Source: Trichosphaerium sp. ATCC 40318
Taxonomy: Eukaryota; Protista; Tubulinea
Direction: 5' to 3'
Assembly: GCA_038496445.1 (NCBI GenBank)
Contig: JALMLS010000420.1
Location: forward strand, 62,001 to 126,000
Length of the DNA: 64,000 bases
Shown here one piece after another: positions 60,104 through 64,000 of this stretch. The position numbers were made by a program, and so were the translations under genes. Every line of letters begins with the position of its first letter. Position 1 is the first letter of the stretch. The notes under the pieces were generated by a model. It worked only from the letters and a program-made list of their open reading frames with translations. It made no database searches and was not told the DNA's origin.

Positions 60104-60870
60104 ATGGTTTTTGGCTTCATAGTTTCCACGCTTGACACAACCCCAACCGTTCTCCTGTCATCATTCTACACTAAAGAAGGTAACGACGGGAAACAAAATG
60201 CGAGGTAATTGCTTTACTTTTGAGCTATTATTTATAACAACTAACCAATCCGAAGGATACAAGCGATATTCAACAGATTACGCGATACAGCAGCGTTTCA
60301 GCATGTGTGTAAACGTGCTTACGCATCTTCAACCAACTTTAATACAAACGATGTGTAAGACGTTTTGAACGTTAACAAACCATCTGACGCTTATAGAAGA
60401 CAACGTAGTAGTATGGTAGATGGCGTTTTTTGTATTCCAGTCGGAAAATACTTCCAACAAGCCAAAGTGGTCATGTGGAGACAGATAAACAAGTAAGAGT
60501 GCCCGCATTGTTACCTCACCATAGCATTAATAACCTTCAACAACAGTTTGGCATACACAATTATCTGTGAGATGGATGAAAACAGGATGCTTGCACAAAA
60601 CTTTTTGACAGTGTTCCCAAGTGTTGTTAATGAACACAACAAGAATCAAACGTCTGCCGGACAAGGCTCGGATGTACGCGAGACCTTTTTTTTTTTTTTT
60701 TTTTTTTCAAAGTTTGGAAGTTTGTTAATGGCGGTTTGTAGTACCTCATAAAACCTGAAGAGGTTCTTGTATTGCTACATCAGTACCTTCCAAATGGGCA
60801 GTTACTTGTTATTACACATGCTTATTCACGGCATTTGAGAAAAGAGGCTGATAGCATGCTGTTAAAATAA
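60104..60870 (+). CDS. AP5S1: AP-5 complex subunit sigma-1
   Basis: MVFGFIVSTL..; GVFCI..KVVMWRQ..AYTIICEMDENRMLAQNFL; KPEEVLVLLHQYLPNGQLLVI matches the AP5S1 pattern. Confidence 0.8.
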
Positions 60871-60948
60871 TAAACTTTTGTATTTTGAAAAAAAAACAAG
60901 AAAGGGGAACCACTGGTTAGACGAAATGTAGCTGTGTTATTTATTTTA

Positions 60949-62676
60949 CTAAACTAGTACAGTAGCCATTATAGCTAAAGCCTTATCCAACATTTCTCTA
61001 GATATCTGGTGGTGTATTGTCACACGGATTCTATCCTCACCAAAATGAGAGATGAGTAATCCTAGGTTCAGGTAAGGGGTTGACTGCCTTTTTTTTTCAA
61101 AAGACGACATACCTTTCTCTCTCATTGTATCAACAAAGTCCTTTGCTGATATATCCTTGCGTTTTAACTCAAAGATAACTATATTCGATTGTACGGTATC
61201 AATATCGAGTACAATTCCCTTATCAGACATTTTAATCAAGCCTTCACTGATGTACTTGGCATTATCGTGATCCACGTTAAGTCTCTTACTCATCTCTTCA
61301 ATGGCAATGATGGCTTTCGAATGTTAATAGTGTGCTTTATAAAATACCATCATGTAGTTACCTGGAGCAGCCAGAACGCCGACTTGTCTCATACCTCCAC
61401 CAAGAGCTTTTCTCATTCTTCGCGCACGTTTAATAAAATCGGCATTGCCAACAATCATGGATCCTTTTGAGCAACGTAAGCTATCGCTGTCTCGTATAAC
61501 GCGTACCAATTGGAGCGCCAAGACCCTTTGAAAGACAGATAGATACGCTGTCAGCGGCTGCAGTAGTGTTAAAAGGCAGGTTAAGAAATTTAACCAAAAT
61601 GAGATATTACCTTGTGCCATCCTAGCAGGAGAAACTCCAGCTGCGGTACCTACCACTGGTTAGAACATGTATTGATTTTTTAAAGCTATGTACAGGCGTT
61701 AAAGAATCTAGCGCCATCGATATGCAATTTCAGACCGTATTTCTTGCACAACTCGCCGACACTTAACATTTAGTTAGTATTGTTCATCATGGTTTTTGCT
61801 TTTGACCTACCTGTCAATGTAGGAAGCAGGAACTACACGTCCACCACATCTATTATGTGTATTTTCTAAACAAACAAGCTTGGTATTTGGATAGTGAACA
61901 TTATCTCCTCTGATGGCATGTTCAATGTCTTCAAGCTTCATTGTACCTGCAAATATTGTTTAGCAAAAAAATTTAAATAAAGCCTTAGCTTACCGTCTGG
62001 TTGGTTGACAACTGAGTAACTGTGTACGCCTCCAATCCAAGCAGAGCCTCTGTATATATTAGGTATGTACAAGGGACACTATTTCAAGTCATACCCTTGC
62101 TCATATTTGTAGATATGCGCTTCTGTGCCTACAATAAACTCCTCTCCTTGACGCCAATTTAATTTAAACTTAAAACGGTACAAGTCTTACCACGCCCATT
62201 ACAGTGAAGAAGTACACTAATGAGGTTTCCTACGTATGTCAACGTGCTAGAGACGCTTAGTACTCGTACCCATGGTTCCTGAAGGTACAAATAGTGCGCC
62301 TTCCTAAAATGACTTAGTACAAGCGTATAAATTGTTACCGTACCTTTCCAAGTAGTTTGGCAGTCTTTTCTTCAAGCGACTAGCACAATTTAATTGACGT
62401 TTTAAAACGCTAGAAAGGGTACGTTGACTGTTGGATCGTCTCCTATTAAGCGTTATGAATGTAACACGTCGTACAGCATATTACGCACCATACACATCAT
62501 CACCAACTACGCTTGCCAACATTGCCTTTACTTTCAGTATGCTAAGTGTATAATCTGTTTACGCACCTCTCGCATCTCTTTGGTTGGTTTTGTTACCGTA
62601 TCGGCTTGTTCAAAAGTCAGTGGTCAGTACATGAGGTGTTAAATGACGCACAGCGCATATCTATAACTTGGGCCAT
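60949..62676 (-). CDS. Low-specificity L-threonine aldolase (Gly1/LtaE family)
   Basis: [82 protein letters not shown]. Confidence 0.95.
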
Positions 62677-62808
62677 GCTGTTTGCTTCGTTGCAGGGATG
62701 ATAGAGTCAGACTTAATCTTCGTTCTACTTTTTCAATTTTCAAGCTTTTAGAGAATTCGTTACATAGTTTACTTGTTGAGCGTAGGAGAGAGAACATCCA
62801 GAGAAATA

Positions 62809-64000
62809 ATGCGTAAGTAGAGTAACTAGAGTAATGTACACAGGCGCGAAAAAAAAATACATTACTTCTATTAGCTTATATTATTGAGCAGAGCAACGCA
62901 GCAAGAAGCGTAAACGCAAAGAGAGGAAAACTAAGCAAGGAGAGTACGAATATGTTTACCTTGATGGGGAATCATACTGTGTGTGTGGTCGCGCTCATGT
63001 TGATGGCATTCCAATGATTGGCTGCGATATTTGCGATCAATGGTATGGTTACACCTGAAACTAGTTGTACAAGCTAACACACGCGTAAGGTTTCACCAGC
63101 CATGCGTTCGTGTGGCCAAGCAAGATACAAAGGCAATTCAAAAGTATGTATGTCCGTTTTGCTCTGGACCCAAAGGAAGTACGCACTACCAGCTCTGATA
63201 TTCTTATTGAGTAATTTAAACCGATAGAAAATTATGTAAAACGCGTCAAACGGTGTTCTACGCCTTGTGTTAACTTTGAAACATGCAAGACGAATGCTAG
63301 AACAGGTTCAAAGTATTGCTCTCACAATTGCGGCATTGAACACGCATTGTTGTTATTTAAACGTAAAAAACAAGAAGAAGTGGAAGAGGAGGCTTTGTTG
63401 AAACGTAAAGTAAGCATTGTGACTGACACGCACATTTCTTCTGTTTTTTGATCAAAAGATTTTATTTTTTTGATTTTTTACCTTTTAGGAACGTGAGAGG
63501 CAACAGAGTATACTAAAACACATTTGTGATAATCCATCTGATGGTAATGACCTTCACCAAATACAAGATCATGCACTCTTGATGCAACTAGAAGAAGATG
63601 AAAAAGATAGCAATGTACAATCCAAAACAAAAATGTTTCATGTTTTGTTAAATTTTATTTTAGCGAGAACTTGAAGAGATTGCATTACAAAGAGAGGAGT
63701 TAAGAAAAGCTGTAGCTAGAGCTGAAAATTTACCTTGTAGTCCAGCAAATACAGGGAACAAGAAGCGTTACTCACGTGCCCAAGGCATCTTATATGATTG
63801 CAAAACGTGCGGTAAACCGTTTCAGCTCCATCAATACGCTCAGCACTTGGAATCTTGTTACCTAAAGAAAGAATCGCACTCCCACATTTCTGGTATAGCC
63901 CCATCATACTCAGAGGATGCCTCTCATATCGTATACTGTGATTACTTTGATGCTAAGACTAAGACATATTGCAAGAAACTTAAGGCTTCATGTCCACTGC
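62809..64000 (+). CDS. COMPASS PHD-finger subunit CXXC1/Cfp1/Spp1-like (truncated by window end)
   Basis: PHD YCVCGR..MIGCDICDQWFHQPCV..YVCPFC; SKYCSHNCG; C-terminal CDYFDAKTKTYCKKLKASCP. Start approximate. Confidence 0.85.

Noticed and set aside
60684-60707. Long poly-T and poly-A runs
   Set aside because: Ordinary intronic homopolymers with no retroelement hallmarks.

Overview
Gene-dense, intron-rich eukaryotic nuclear DNA (AT-rich, about 40% GC by eye). Most introns are about 35-130 nt, and the dominant donor is GTACGT. A free-living protist, plausibly an amoebozoan, is my inference and is not proven. The supplied ORF track is fragmented by introns, so gene models were rebuilt by eye and their boundaries are approximate. 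About 23 protein genes are present: RPN7, VPS13, a TPR-ARM-TKL kinase, an F-box protein, class II DAHP synthase head-to-head with pentafunctional AROM, a DNRLRE-like membrane protein, an LD-motif/filamin protein, C2CD5, SPCS1, a 36-aa repeat protein, pirin, spartin-like, an EamA transporter, TVP15-like, PI31, a kexin-like protease, a 24-aa repeat protein, COPB2, AP5S1, threonine aldolase, CXXC1/SPP1 and one uncertain gene at the left edge. The top finding is a 272-nt intron in the kinase gene (18586-18857) that is one long hairpin with a 67-bp perfect stem. Its ends coincide with the splice sites and leave a 2-nt AG overhang, which suggests a mirtron-like or MITE/introner-like origin, and a second long intron also has paired ends. 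Other highlights are a two-gene divergent shikimate cluster, a VPS13 ending in dileucine plus CCACCNIL (CaaX), nebulin-like and novel repeat proteins, and a paxillin-LD/filamin fusion. No tRNA, rRNA or CRISPR array was seen.
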